Positions 37,220-47,609 of a stretch of 64,000 nucleotides of DNA are shown here, piece after piece. Source of the DNA: a virus (Duplodnaviria > Caudoviricetes); IMG/VR virus record IMGVR_UViG_3300005439_000017, positions 1 to 64,000 of that record. The stretch is one strand, 5' to 3'. Positions within the stretch are counted from its first letter, which is position 1. Every line of letters starts with the position of its first letter. Below the pieces are notes generated by a model that saw nothing but the letters and a program-made list of their open reading frames with translations, was not told the origin of the DNA and ran no database searches. The translations under genes were made by a program, and so were the position numbers.

Positions 37220-40200
37220 ATGTTTCTGCTAACAGTAAACTTAATATACCTTCAGTTTGATTATCATAAGTTAATCTGGCTGTTGTATATTTATCACTAA
37301 ACCTTTCCTTTTCAAAGAATGGCTTATTTAAGTCTATAGAAGCTGTTATATTATAGTCAACATCCAAGATTGGAATATTGTAATCATTTCTAATGTTCCT
37401 GAATTGATTTATGTTCCACTTGTTATTAACGAGTCTTGCTGTCGACAAGTTTATTATGTTTGTACTTCCAGATACTTGATATGAATTATACAAATAAAAC
37501 TTATCGAATGTTCTGGTTATTATTTCATTATTAGTAAAATCCTTAAACTTACTAGCATACGATATTGAACTAAATTGTTTAGATATATCTGGGTTATTGT
37601 TGTAAACTATATCCACTTCAAAAGGATATTTAGTAAAGTAAAATCTACCAACATTAGTAAGGGAATTATGCCTGAATATTTGAGTGGCTGTATACGAATA
37701 AAAATTCATATTATCAAAACTATAAATACCTGGCTTATAATCATATATACTTCCCCAACATTTTAATTCAGGATAGTAACTGGTAGTAACAGATCTATCT
37801 ATAAAATAAGTAGAATTAGTTAATAACATAATATCAAATGCTGCTCCATTATACCTATAAAAGCTCCCTTGTGCTTCACTAAAAACGACATCACCAACGT
37901 TATATATATTACCATCAATAAACTTGCCCCTGAAGTTATTTAAATAGGTTTGCCTCATTTCGTAGTCCTTCTTAGTAAGAATATATCTTCTATACTTTTC
38001 ATCCCAAGCTGCAGTATGACCAACAGCATTAGGATTAGCAGGATTATCATAAAGAGGATAGAAATAGTCTTCATCTCTCATCTGATCTACTAGTTTAAGT
38101 TTTCCGTTATTTAGGAACCATTTAATTCTACCATTAGAAGATATTTCATCAATTCCTTCATTAACGAGATATACTTTACCTTTACTAGAATCTGGATAGA
38201 TTAAACCAAAAGGAGTTCCTAAGCTGGCCCATTGGCTTCTTGTTCCTCCATACCCTATATCAGAATAAACAATGTCTTTAACAGGTATAGCAAATATATC
38301 TCCAGAACCTAAGAAAGCGTTAGTATCCTCTGTTTTAAGTACTTCTCTTGCAACAGTTCTGGTTATGGAATTAGTAAGCTGAATGTAAAGATTATCATTA
38401 CTTCTTTGAAGATTTTCTATTTGGCCTCTATTCTTTTGTAAGTCTACATAATTAAGAGGTAAATACTGCCTAAAGTTATCTTGAACTCCTTCCAAATTAT
38501 CTTTATCAGATCTGATTATTCTTGTTGGAAACCTATAAGCAGCATTAGCTAATTCTTTACTTTGAATAACTGGCTGATAAGTATCATTAACTCTAGAATA
38601 GTCCTGATTATATAATATCACATTACTAAAGAACGGGCTAATATTTAACACTCCTGTTCCGAGATCAGGATCTGTTAATCCATCGATAGTATTCAAAGGA
38701 TATGCAGGATAATATATTTCATATGGTTGTACTCCTAAATATCTAAAGTTAATATTCACTGTAGATTGAGATACAAAGAAATGAGCTGTTCTATGAGATA
38801 AACTTGTTATAAGCGTTTGATCTACTGGTTCTATAGGAGCAATGTTAGATGTTGATCGTAAGCAACAATTACCTACAAATACATCTCCACCAAATAATAG
38901 TATTCCATTTACTGCGTTTATATCCTCCATAAGTCCAGTAAATGCTAATTCTTGTGCGTCAAATGAATTATATATATTTATCGTGTAAGAACAAGCTAAC
39001 ATCAATGGTGTTTGTGTAGGCCATACTAGCCCATAGGTAGATGGAGGATTAGATACATCATAGGTAGGACCGTTTATTACAGCAGCCATATCTGTATAGA
39101 ATTCTACGAATACTGAATTATCTACTTGATAATTGTAAATGTTCTTAGTAGTATTATAATAAACAAAATTAGTTTCAAATGGTTTATTAACAGTATTCTG
39201 TGTATAGAATATAGATCTAACCCTTCTCATGGTATTTGAGTTAGCAGAAGAAGGGTTGTAGTTATTCAATGCTGGATTAGCATAATCTGCTATAAATCCA
39301 AACTTAAAATCTCCACTATCAGGATACCAATTAAATGATGGGCTTATAGGTCCACCCAAAGCTGTGTGAGCTTTGAAGTGTGTTATTGTTTTTATATCTA
39401 TATTTAATCCTTGAAATTCAGGCGAATAGCATCTCCAAGCTCTTTGTCCTATTTGTGATAAGAATGTAGGACCATCCTCTTTTGGATCACTAGAGGGTAC
39501 AGATACTGATTTTCTTATATTATAGGTTCCACTATTATTTAGATAGGTAATAAGATTACCTGTGGTCATAACAGCTTGAGGAATAGTTAAAGGATTAGAT
39601 AATACTGTCGCATTACTTAAATCTCTTTTGGCATAATATATTTTGTAAGCTTGTATATTATTCTTTACTATAGGAGGTAATTGGAGCCCTCCTATCTGAA
39701 TACCAAGGATAGTAGTATTAACTGTATCACTACCGTTTAAGAAATTTCCTCCTGTTGTAGTTGAGGTAACAGGCATAGGAAATTTATGGTGTCTTACTTT
39801 CTTATTTCTCAGGGTAGGGTATGTAACAGGATCTTGTGCTGTCAAATTAACAGGATTACCATTTATGTCAGCTCCCCAAATATCCCAATTAGAATTGTCA
39901 GAGTATAACTCGTTTTGATTCTCCCAATACCCCATATTACTAGTAGCTAATGGATTATTGCTTGTGTCAAACAATTGAAATATTCTAGCATTACCATTAA
40001 CCTGCTTAATATCATCAAAGCTTACAGTATCTATATTTAATGCAGCTTTAACAGCATTCTCTTGCCCAGGATCTAGATTAGACAGTAATGTGTCTTCAGG
40101 TATAGAAGATGGTATAGTACCTTTATAAGCATCCCTGACAGTTCTTCCAGGAATGTGATATGCTTTGGTTTCTCTACCATTAGTCAATATAAAAGAGATA

Positions 40201-41291
40201 TAGAATGCGTAAACTTCATCATGTTGGTAACCCCTCTCTTTGAAGATAACTATATCGTCTTTATAGCTATCATCTAAAGTTGAATAGCCAATGTTTTTAA
40301 CATCGGTAACATAATCAAGAGTCATTCTATTGACATACTTCTGTACTTCAATATCTGGTTTGGTAGACAGATTAGCTTGATATAATACACCTTCAAGCTG
40401 ATTCAGTGTCTTTGCTGTTTCATATATAACACCATATTCCAGAACTTCTTCTAGAGATATTTCAGTATAACTTTCTTTTCCTGTGTAAGTGTAATCAATA
40501 AATGTATCAACAGTTGGTAATTCTGCTACTATTCTTGGCGCTTGTAAAACCTGATCTTTAGCATATATAATACCTATTCTGAATCTTGGGTACAAAGTAT
40601 CAAGATTAGTAAATGAAAAGGTTATAGATTTACTGCTAGGAGAACCTGACTCAGCACCATTATAGAATTGAGTAGTAAGCTTATCTGTAACAGATACCCA
40701 ATTAGAAAACCCTATCCAATTAGTTTGATTTCCATTCTCGTCCACATAGGCTATAAATGATTGATAGGTACCTGTTAGCAAATTACCACCAGTATTATTA
40801 ACACCTTGAAGATTGAATCTTGGATATTTGTAGGAGAAAAATATATTCTGCTTAGTTACATTGGTGTTATCTATAACCTGATTCTGCACATCAGCATTTA
40901 TCCATCTTGGAGGGTTTAAATTATCAGTGAAATAAACTACTCTTTCTCCTTTGTAATTGAGTTTAAAAGTAGCTTGTATCTGATTAGTTATCTTAAAATT
41001 AAGAGCTGTTGTTGGTTGTACTATAGAATAGAAATTGGCAGAATTATTGTATTTACCTATAATACATTGGTTTGTATCAGGATTAACAAGAAATAATACT
41101 TTCTCTTGTGTGTCAAGAGTTATACTACCTATAGGTAAATAACCTTCTGGCAGATTCTGCAAAAAATCTGTGCTTCTTTCATTTGTTATAGAACCAAACT
41201 CTTCTGTAAGATTACCGTTCCTTATATAAGGAGAAGTAAACTTAGGTTGATTTAATGGATCTGTATCAGTATTTAGTCCTTTTACCAGCAT
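37197..41291 (-). CDS. tail stabilisation / muzzle protein (1364 aa)
   Basis: N-terminal KGLNTDTDP...IRNG, VYFTDNLNPPRWIN, and beta-propeller-like repeats; position after the ring protein gene. Confidence 0.75.
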   Translation of the reverse strand: MLVKGLNTDTDPLNQPKFTSPYIRNGNLTEEFGSITNERSTDFLQNLPEGYLPIGSITLDTQEKVLFLVNPDTNQCIIGKYNNSANFYSIVQPTTALNFKITNQIQATFKLNYKGERVVYFTDNLNPPRWINADVQNQVIDNTNVTKQNIFFSYKYPRFNLQGVNNTGGNLLTGTYQSFIAYVDENGNQTNWIGFSNWVSVTDKLTTQFYNGAESGSPSSKSITFSFTNLDTLYPRFRIGIIYAKDQVLQAPRIVAELPTVDTFIDYTYTGKESYTEISLEEVLEYGVIYETAKTLNQLEGVLYQANLSTKPDIEVQKYVNRMTLDYVTDVKNIGYSTLDDSYKDDIVIFKERGYQHDEVYAFYISFILTNGRETKAYHIPGRTVRDAYKGTIPSSIPEDTLLSNLDPGQENAVKAALNIDTVSFDDIKQVNGNARIFQLFDTSNNPLATSNMGYWENQNELYSDNSNWDIWGADINGNPVNLTAQDPVTYPTLRNKKVRHHKFPMPVTSTTTGGNFLNGSDTVNTTILGIQIGGLQLPPIVKNNIQAYKIYYAKRDLSNATVLSNPLTIPQAVMTTGNLITYLNNSGTYNIRKSVSVPSSDPKEDGPTFLSQIGQRAWRCYSPEFQGLNIDIKTITHFKAHTALGGPISPSFNWYPDSGDFKFGFIADYANPALNNYNPSSANSNTMRRVRSIFYTQNTVNKPFETNFVYYNTTKNIYNYQVDNSVFVEFYTDMAAVINGPTYDVSNPPSTYGLVWPTQTPLMLACSYTINIYNSFDAQELAFTGLMEDINAVNGILLFGGDVFVGNCCLRSTSNIAPIEPVDQTLITSLSHRTAHFFVSQSTVNINFRYLGVQPYEIYYPAYPLNTIDGLTDPDLGTGVLNISPFFSNVILYNQDYSRVNDTYQPVIQSKELANAAYRFPTRIIRSDKDNLEGVQDNFRQYLPLNYVDLQKNRGQIENLQRSNDNLYIQLTNSITRTVAREVLKTEDTNAFLGSGDIFAIPVKDIVYSDIGYGGTRSQWASLGTPFGLIYPDSSKGKVYLVNEGIDEISSNGRIKWFLNNGKLKLVDQMRDEDYFYPLYDNPANPNAVGHTAAWDEKYRRYILTKKDYEMRQTYLNNFRGKFIDGNIYNVGDVVFSEAQGSFYRYNGAAFDIMLLTNSTYFIDRSVTTSYYPELKCWGSIYDYKPGIYSFDNMNFYSYTATQIFRHNSLTNVGRFYFTKYPFEVDIVYNNNPDISKQFSSISYASKFKDFTNNEIITRTFDKFYLYNSYQVSGSTNIINLSTARLVNNKWNINQFRNIRNDYNIPILDVDYNITASIDLNKPFFEKERFSDKYTTARLTYDNQTEGILSLLLAETFDNEKER

Positions 41292-42052
41292 TAAATGTCA
41301 AGCCTTTCCTGTCTAGAAAGTGTTGTAAAGAATGTAGAACCCCTATTTATTTCAGGTAATAGTCTCACCCACATATTCTTTATATTCTCAAGTGTTGGTA
41401 GATCTGGAGCCATTGCTTTAGCTCCTGCTTGCCCACAATACCATTGCCATTTAGCTTCAGCAGCTTCGTATCTTGTACTCTTATTCTCGAACCAATCTGG
41501 TAACAAGAGCTGCTTAGCACAATACCAGAAACATGCTTGTTTATATGATATATCATCAGGTATTTCTGGAAACCCATCTTCGTCAACTCTAAGAGCAGAA
41601 TAGGCTATGTATATATCACCATCTTTAAAATTAGTCTTTATGTAGCAAGGGTCTATTGTATATGTCCACTCTGTAGGACATTGTGTGTTTCTAATGTCTA
41701 ATAGAATAGGATTTCCATTCAATTTATCAAGTGTTATAGTATCTACTACTTTAGGGGTATGGTTGATAAGCGTGTTACCAAACACACTAGTACTTGGTAA
41801 TAATGGAAATCCATTAAAGTATATATAATTAAGCTTATGGAAGTTACAAGGGAGTTTCACCTTATAATCTTTTATAGTAAGCTTACAGTATCTATCCTCT
41901 AATTGTTGTGGGGCTTGGATAGCCTCTAGCGCTTCACCACACCATTCTACAAGATCTACCCACCTCTCAGCATCCTGAAAGTTAAGATCTCTGTAAACCT
42001 TAGCTATTACTTCTTTAACACTTGTGAATGAATATATCATTATACTTGCCAA
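41291..42052 (-). CDS. tail tubular / ring (gatekeeper-like) protein
   Basis: FTSVKEVIAKVYRDL...EWCGEAL..I and DEDGFPEIPD motifs; crAss-like synteny. Confidence 0.7.
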   Translation of the reverse strand: MASIMIYSFTSVKEVIAKVYRDLNFQDAERWVDLVEWCGEALEAIQAPQQLEDRYCKLTIKDYKVKLPCNFHKLNYIYFNGFPLLPSTSVFGNTLINHTPKVVDTITLDKLNGNPILLDIRNTQCPTEWTYTIDPCYIKTNFKDGDIYIAYSALRVDEDGFPEIPDDISYKQACFWYCAKQLLLPDWFENKSTRYEAAEAKWQWYCGQAGAKAMAPDLPTLENIKNMWVRLLPEINRGSTFFTTLSRQERLDI

Positions 42053-42495
42053 TAATCAACTTTGCCTGACTTTATTAAGGCTGCCAGTTGCCTTTTATTA
42101 CCTCTTGATGGTATAAACGAATAGTGCTTCCTATTCTTTACGAATACTATATTCTTCCTCCATCTAAACCTGAAAATATATCCCCTTGTATGATCATTAA
42201 AGAAGTATACCGTTTCACCAACCTCTCTGGTTGTCTTGAAATCAATATACATCTTTCTCATACTATTCTTTCTTTTTATTATCGACAGCTCACCTAGACC
42301 ATAAGGCAATTTAATGATCTCAGATTCATTCAAAAGCAGATCTGATATCTTCTGCATACCAGCATGGGTTATCTCGCTAAATCGCTTATAATCCACGTAG
42401 AAATCGCTTCCTTTAGGATTAATGCTTTTATAGAACTTATAAACATCTTTTATTCTAAAGTCTACTTTGTTTTTCTGCTTACCTCGCTTCGACAT
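42040..42495 (-). CDS. IHF/HU-like DNA-binding protein
   Basis: IKLPYGLGELSIIKRK HU-like strand; very basic; probable start MSKRGK at 42495 (track start 42555). Confidence 0.6.
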   Translation of the reverse strand: MSKRGKQKNKVDFRIKDVYKFYKSINPKGSDFYVDYKRFSEITHAGMQKISDLLLNESEIIKLPYGLGELSIIKRKNSMRKMYIDFKTTREVGETVYFFNDHTRGYIFRFRWRKNIVFVKNRKHYSFIPSRGNKRQLAALIKSGKVDYWQV

Positions 42496-43162
42496 CTGGT
42501 TGTTTAGTATTATCGTTATTGTTATCTTTATCAGAGAATTGATTGAAATATACATCTAATTCTCCTTTTCTAAGCAGATCGAAAGCTGCTGATTCTAACC
42601 AATTAACAGAAGGATATTCCTGATCATAAGAGAAACAAGCTTCTCCTGTACAAGTCTTATAGTTTCTACCATCTGTAGGATCGTCCAGTATACCTCTAAC
42701 ATTTATATGAGTTAATGCAACATCATTAATAATATAGATCTTGTTTCCTCTGGTCATATAATACTTCTGGTTTTTTGTGTATTTTCCATACTTAGACCAG
42801 CGTATTCTTGGAACAGATATAGGTTGAAAATCTGTAATTTTATCAACAGATCCTACAAAAGTAATTAGATTCTTTTTATATACCTCTACGAATTTGGGTA
42901 CATCTTTAACTGTTCTTAGAATATAACAGTCAGTTTGTATATCAGAGCACTCTGACTTGTCCACGAGTTCTAGCTCAAGAAGTCCTAGATCTTGTTCAAT
43001 TTGTGGATTGACTGTATGACCATTCTCATAATCTCGTCTGAGTATAACAGCTCTTCCTCTGTTAAATAGATATAACAGAAAAGCGTCTGACAATTTAGAA
43101 TCATCAGTACGCTCTTTTATAATCTTTCTTGTTGCACTTATTATCTCTCTAGCTGTGCTCAT
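42479..43162 (-). CDS. crAss-like tail ring protein (227 aa)
   Basis: MSTAREII...DDSKLSD.FLLYLFN..RA..LRR helical N-terminus and synteny. Confidence 0.6.
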   Translation of the reverse strand: MSTAREIISATRKIIKERTDDSKLSDAFLLYLFNRGRAVILRRDYENGHTVNPQIEQDLGLLELELVDKSECSDIQTDCYILRTVKDVPKFVEVYKKNLITFVGSVDKITDFQPISVPRIRWSKYGKYTKNQKYYMTRGNKIYIINDVALTHINVRGILDDPTDGRNYKTCTGEACFSYDQEYPSVNWLESAAFDLLRKGELDVYFNQFSDKDNNNDNTKQPDVEAR

Positions 43163-43178
43163 TATATCTTATGTTTAG

Positions 43179-43249
43179 CAGGAGTGGAGAGATTCGAACT
43201 CCCATCAACGGTTTTGGAGACCGCTATTCTACCCTTGAACTACACCGCT
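43179..43249 (-). tRNA. trnW: tRNA-Trp (anticodon CCA), 71 nt, no encoded CCA end
   Basis: Minus strand: AGCGGTG TA GTTC-AAGGGTA-GAAT A GCGGT-CTCCAAA-ACCGT TGAT GGGAG-TTCGAAT-CTCTC CACTCCT G. Full cloverleaf with one C3:C70 mismatch. Confidence 0.9.
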
Positions 43250-43289
43250 GTGTGGGTTGTTTTAGGCACACCCCTAAGCCTATAAACTA

Positions 43290-44039
43290 CTACCTATTCT
43301 TCTGATATGCAGCGTCAGATATTGAGAAGTATTTACCGCATGTCATGCAGTGTAACCTTCTTTTAATTGATCCTGAAGCTGTTATTCTTGTACCATTTGA
43401 TATTGTTCTCTTGCTGGTACATTCCGGACAATCACATATTGATTTACCAATCATTACTGCCCTGTGAACTTGATGTGCAACATAAGGATTGAGTTTCTCG
43501 TATACTTTCTCAAGTAGAACAACATCTTTTTTACAATAATCCACCATCTTTTTCATAGCAGATTTGTCGTTGTTAGACACAATGGCTTTCCATAATCCAA
43601 ATCCAGTCTCATTCTTTCTACCAATACCGAGGAATTTAGAAATATAGTCCAGTCTGTTTGAATTAAATCTGAATCCTTTTCTGCTCAGCTTCAATGTATC
43701 TATTGTTTGATAATCCGGAAACATTGGAATACCATGATATAAACATCTGGTTCTTAACCATTTCAAATCAAATTGATCCCCGTTGTGACCTGTGATTTCA
43801 TCAGCCTCTTCCAATACTCTGGAGAATTTCTTAAGCATTTCCTTATCATCACCATTCTTCCATTCTAAAGAATACACTTGTTTTTCTCCTTCCCATTTCC
43901 AACAGATACAAATGATAGCTCTTTCTTGCACAATGTTATCGTAATCAATACTGATCTTCCTACCAACATTCCAAGAGAATACTATGTTAGGAGACGTTTC
44001 GATATCGAAAAAGAGCCTTTTAAATTTTTTATTTGTCAT
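43290..44039 (-). CDS. DEDD / RNase H-like 3'-5' exonuclease with C-terminal Zn ribbon
   Basis: FFDIETS (ExoI), GHNGDQFD (ExoII), YCKKDV (ExoIII), and CPEC...CMTC. Confidence 0.85.
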   Translation of the reverse strand: MTNKKFKRLFFDIETSPNIVFSWNVGRKISIDYDNIVQERAIICICWKWEGEKQVYSLEWKNGDDKEMLKKFSRVLEEADEITGHNGDQFDLKWLRTRCLYHGIPMFPDYQTIDTLKLSRKGFRFNSNRLDYISKFLGIGRKNETGFGLWKAIVSNNDKSAMKKMVDYCKKDVVLLEKVYEKLNPYVAHQVHRAVMIGKSICDCPECTSKRTISNGTRITASGSIKRRLHCMTCGKYFSISDAAYQKNR

Positions 44040-44061
44040 ATTTTATAGTAATTTATGAGTG

Positions 44062-44092
44062 CAAAGGTAATACTATTTTTGACATTTCCAAA
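44062..44092 (-). promoter_or_regulatory. Bacteroidota sigma-A-type promoter (full consensus)
   Basis: On the minus strand, TTTG (44092-89) - 19 nt - TACCTTTG (44069-62) followed by CA; 22 nt before the exonuclease ATG. Confidence 0.75.
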
Positions 44093-44110
44093 ATTATTTT
44101 CATAATTTCT

Positions 44111-44701
44111 TTATTTCGATATCATAATATCCTGAATATGAACTATTTCATCATTAGGATTATTTGATCTCACATCTGTATAAGTTGATTTACCCCATTT
44201 CCAAGGTTTGTACCAAGGAGCTTTATTCCTTTTCCTATATGTATACTTTGTTAGATATAGGCTATGTTCAATATCAAGCTTCACACTGTCTGGCTTCACG
44301 ATACCTTCAATCTTGTTAAATTGATCCTCATAAAAGAATGTCTTGATAGTATCTGTTGAATCCTTTATAGGTACGTAGAAAGTCTCTTTGGTGTTTATTT
44401 GCGTTTTAAACGCATTTTGCAAGTTTTTGGAACTAGTGCCTGTCTTTGATTCAAAGTCTTCTCTAATGTCATTAAAAAGGGTTTTAAAGGTATTCATATT
44501 AGATTCTATTGTCTTTGACTGTGCTGTAAATACACTATCGTTCTTAGCTTTATAATAAGCTATAACAGACTCTTCTTTTATCTTGTAACTAGTTTCAATA
44601 TTTTGTCTTAGATTTTTCTCATGCTTTGCTCTATCCCATAGATAAGCTATTCCAGATATAAATACTAATACAGCAGTTATTTCTATTAATGTTCTTTTCA
44701 T
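44111..44701 (-). CDS. membrane-anchored lysis accessory protein (i-spanin-like / DUF6549-like)
   Basis: Single N-terminal TM (LIEITAVLVFISGIAYLW), coiled coil, and aromatic/basic C-terminus; directly downstream of the endolysin. Confidence 0.5.
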   Translation of the reverse strand: MKRTLIEITAVLVFISGIAYLWDRAKHEKNLRQNIETSYKIKEESVIAYYKAKNDSVFTAQSKTIESNMNTFKTLFNDIREDFESKTGTSSKNLQNAFKTQINTKETFYVPIKDSTDTIKTFFYEDQFNKIEGIVKPDSVKLDIEHSLYLTKYTYRKRNKAPWYKPWKWGKSTYTDVRSNNPNDEIVHIQDIMISK

Positions 44702-44702
44702 A

Positions 44703-45152
44703 TTATTTCTTAAAATATAGTTCAGCTTCTTTTTCTCTCCTTCTTACCAATCCCTGTAATACTTTGCCATTGCTCTTATTCCATTTTGCAAATTCATCTT
44801 TTATAGAAGGATCGTTTGGATTAATATTTACTTTCCTAAGTAAAGTGCTGATTTTTAGATTGTTCAATCCGCAATTATAGGCAAAATCTACCAATGCATC
44901 AAATTGATTCTGAGTTATTGTCCTCTTAACTATAGAGGTTACTCCCGTTTCAAATCCCTTTAGAGTATTCTTTAGTAATTCTACAGCTCTGTGTTCTGTA
45001 ATAGGAGTATCATTCATAGTAACTTTGGCACCATTCTCATAGAACGTATTACCAAACCCTATTGTTGGTATTTTAGAGGGGCAAAGATATGGTTTAGGAC
45101 TAAAGCCTTCAAACTCCTTTATAAGAGATATTAGATTTTCTGATCCTATCAT
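44703..45152 (-). CDS. endolysin, GH24 phage lysozyme
   Basis: IKEFEG (catalytic E), YLCPSKIPTIGFG, QNQFDALVDFAYNCG, and GLVRRREKEAELY; probable start MIGSE at 45152 via a TAATG overlap. Confidence 0.9.
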   Translation of the reverse strand: MIGSENLISLIKEFEGFSPKPYLCPSKIPTIGFGNTFYENGAKVTMNDTPITEHRAVELLKNTLKGFETGVTSIVKRTITQNQFDALVDFAYNCGLNNLKISTLLRKVNINPNDPSIKDEFAKWNKSNGKVLQGLVRRREKEAELYFKK

Positions 45153-45478
45153 TATTTGGTAAATTTCTTTATAACGAATGTAATATTTAAATTTGCAGAG
45201 TTCCAACCAAGAACGTCTTGTATATACAATGTTTGAGGTGCCGAAGAACTAAACACTGTTTTTAACAACTCAACCGATTGTAAAGAATTACCACCCACTG
45301 CTAAGGCTAATAACACATCTGTCCCACCATTAGTCGTTCCTATTTTCAATCCTCCAGTCATTGCGTTGGCTGTAGTATTCTCAACAATAGTATCTTGTAT
45401 TTGATATCCAGCAGGGATTGTAGTAGTTGCATCATTTACAAGTCCTACTAGCTTTATTGTGCCTTTATTATACGCCAT
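45152..45478 (-). CDS. small beta-rich tail-fibre-associated protein
   Basis: Probable start MAYNK at 45478 (TAATG overlap); Thr/Gly-rich jelly-roll-like pattern. Confidence 0.55.
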   Translation of the reverse strand: MAYNKGTIKLVGLVNDATTTIPAGYQIQDTIVENTTANAMTGGLKIGTTNGGTDVLLALAVGGNSLQSVELLKTVFSSSAPQTLYIQDVLGWNSANLNITFVIKKFTK

Positions 45479-47247
45479 TATTTTATCATCCAAAATACTA
45501 TACCATCGTTCACTGCTACTAACTCTACTAATTCATTAGCTACCGAGAGTGTTAACACAGCCCCTGGTACGCCATCTCTTTCGATTCTATCGGTGCCATT
45601 TGGAGTTATATCCAATGTGGCTCCTGCTTCAGTAGTATTCTTTATAACTAATCTTTTACCTACTCCTACAGTAGATATAGCAGGCAAATTAAGTACTGTT
45701 GATGTTGCCACTGCTGACACACTGTAAAGTATATAGTCATCTGCTGTCGCTGTTGCTGTAGGGCTTATAAAAGATCTTATTTTGCTAGTACTATAGCTAC
45801 CATTGTTATGTATAGTTGATTTGATATTAGATCCTGTTATAGCTGCTCCAAATTTATCATTAAGAAAGGTAAATCTAATAGTTTCTGCTCCAGATGAACC
45901 TGACCATATAGAAAACGGTATAGTTCCTATCCACATATTGGTACTATTACCAACAGATCCAGTACTTATTTCCGTACTATTAGCAATATCTAAATTCCCT
46001 AATTGAGAATAAGATGTACCAAATGTAGTTATGCCAAACCCATTTCCAGTACTATTAAATATATATTGACTGGTACTTCCTGTATTGGTATTGTTCTGGA
46101 TAGTATAGTAAAGATCTCCTGCCAAGGTGTTGGCTTGAAAAACACTACTACCATCAAATTGCCACTTATTTGATATATCGAATTGAGTTGCTGGCGCAGC
46201 AAACAGACCTACTCTGGTATTAACAGTATCTATATAAATATTACTATTGGTATTGAACTTTGTTCCATCGAAAAACAACGCTCTGTTTGTAGTGTAAGTG
46301 TCATTTCCTGACCCTCCATATCCTACAGGTAATATTGCTAGTTTGGAAAGAACTCCTCCTGAACTTGTAACCACTACAGCCTGCGTAGCCCCTGCTAACT
46401 GGTCTATTTTAACATTTCTACCAATATCTATTGTTATAGCTGATGCCCCATTTATAGCCAAAGTAATTGGTTGTGTATCATTTGTTCCTACAACCATAGA
46501 AGCTCCGAAGCTGTTGCCTCCTTGCTTTATAGCATCAGTTATTCCATACCCAGCAAGAGTAGTTGGCTTGCCAGTAATCTTTCCCCAACCAAGGCTTACT
46601 ATTTTTACATCAGTTACATTATTATCTAGTATTTTAGCTGTTGTAATAGCATCATTAGCTATTGTAGCAACACCATCGTTGGTGATAGTAACATCGCCTG
46701 ATAATTGTACAGCTGTTGCAACATTTGAAGCGTTACCTACAAATATATATCCGTCTTGTAGAGATGCTGTCATAAAAGACGAGAAGCTTAGTTGCCCAGC
46801 ACCATCGGTTATTAACGCTTGTCCTGATGTTCCGTCAGCTCCTGGTAGCAACAATGTGAGGTCTGCTAATTGCGTAGACGGACCTATAAGACTAGTTCCA
46901 AATGAAGGGTCTGCTCCAAATATCTTTAGAGCGTTACCACTTCCAGATTCTCCTAGATAAATATCACCAAAAAATGATTTTATTCCCTGAAATGTCTGAT
47001 AATCTGTGTTAACCAGCCCTCTCTGTGTGGCAGATGCGTCCAGATTATATAAACTATTAATAGCATTAACTATACTAGTGTCAACCAAGGGATTAACAAT
47101 AGAATTAAGAGCCCCTATCCTTGTAAATAGGGTGCTGAGATCTATCTTTTTGGTAACACCATTGTTAGATAGTGCTAATAGATCCGCGTCTGCAGGAGTT
47201 CCAGAAAAAGCTGGTAATCCTGGTATTGGTACTACTGTTATTGCCAT
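45478..47247 (-). CDS. tail fibre / spike protein (589 aa, mosaic)
   Basis: IPGLPA...D...GVTKKIDL N-terminal anchor; LPGADGTSGQALITDGAGQLSF; LSGDVTI; WGKITGKPTTLAGYGITDA fibre motif; C-terminal TVLNLPA...KRLVIKN domain. Confidence 0.8.
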   Translation of the reverse strand: MAITVVPIPGLPAFSGTPADADLLALSNNGVTKKIDLSTLFTRIGALNSIVNPLVDTSIVNAINSLYNLDASATQRGLVNTDYQTFQGIKSFFGDIYLGESGSGNALKIFGADPSFGTSLIGPSTQLADLTLLLPGADGTSGQALITDGAGQLSFSSFMTASLQDGYIFVGNASNVATAVQLSGDVTITNDGVATIANDAITTAKILDNNVTDVKIVSLGWGKITGKPTTLAGYGITDAIKQGGNSFGASMVVGTNDTQPITLAINGASAITIDIGRNVKIDQLAGATQAVVVTSSGGVLSKLAILPVGYGGSGNDTYTTNRALFFDGTKFNTNSNIYIDTVNTRVGLFAAPATQFDISNKWQFDGSSVFQANTLAGDLYYTIQNNTNTGSTSQYIFNSTGNGFGITTFGTSYSQLGNLDIANSTEISTGSVGNSTNMWIGTIPFSIWSGSSGAETIRFTFLNDKFGAAITGSNIKSTIHNNGSYSTSKIRSFISPTATATADDYILYSVSAVATSTVLNLPAISTVGVGKRLVIKNTTEAGATLDITPNGTDRIERDGVPGAVLTLSVANELVELVAVNDGIVFWMIK

Positions 47248-47609
47248 TAATTAGCTCCTATATAGTTGAAATTGTCCTGAAGGAAATCCAGAACATTGTA
47301 ATTATTATCTAGTGTTATACCAGTATTAGTACTTAACCCACAACCAACTACTTTCTTTTTTAGATCTTCTAATATCCTATTAAACTGATCTTGAGTTATG
47401 CAATTAGTTATAGATGAATCTGTTGTACCATCTGGATACTGGTTCCATTTAGATATGATATATAAATCCAGAATAAACAAGTAAAGACATTGAAAATCAA
47501 TGTCCTTACAGTCTGTTCCTAAAGTCATTTTGTTAACCAGTTCCTTTGTTCTTTTTGCCATGCAAACATAGGAATTATTAACTAATGTATTAATTTCGTT
47601 AGTCGTCAT
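47247..47609 (-). CDS. small Cys-containing virion protein (120 aa)
   Basis: TAATG-coupled ORF within the tail module. Confidence 0.55.
   Translation of the reverse strand: MTTNEINTLVNNSYVCMAKRTKELVNKMTLGTDCKDIDFQCLYLFILDLYIISKWNQYPDGTTDSSITNCITQDQFNRILEDLKKKVVGCGLSTNTGITLDNNYNVLDFLQDNFNYIGAN

Noticed and set aside
43179-43249. A24 in the tRNA-Trp D-stem, as in the E. coli Hirsh UGA suppressor
   Set aside because: U11-A24 is the natural state in many bacterial tRNA-Trp, and no gene here needs UGA read-through.
46298-46960. 220 aa plus-strand ORF (also 47006-47254, 52557-52880, 54014-54250 and other short antisense ORFs)
   Set aside because: They lie fully antisense to well-supported genes rich in Ala/Thr/Gly codons, which suppress stops on the opposite strand. 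No motifs or initiation context.
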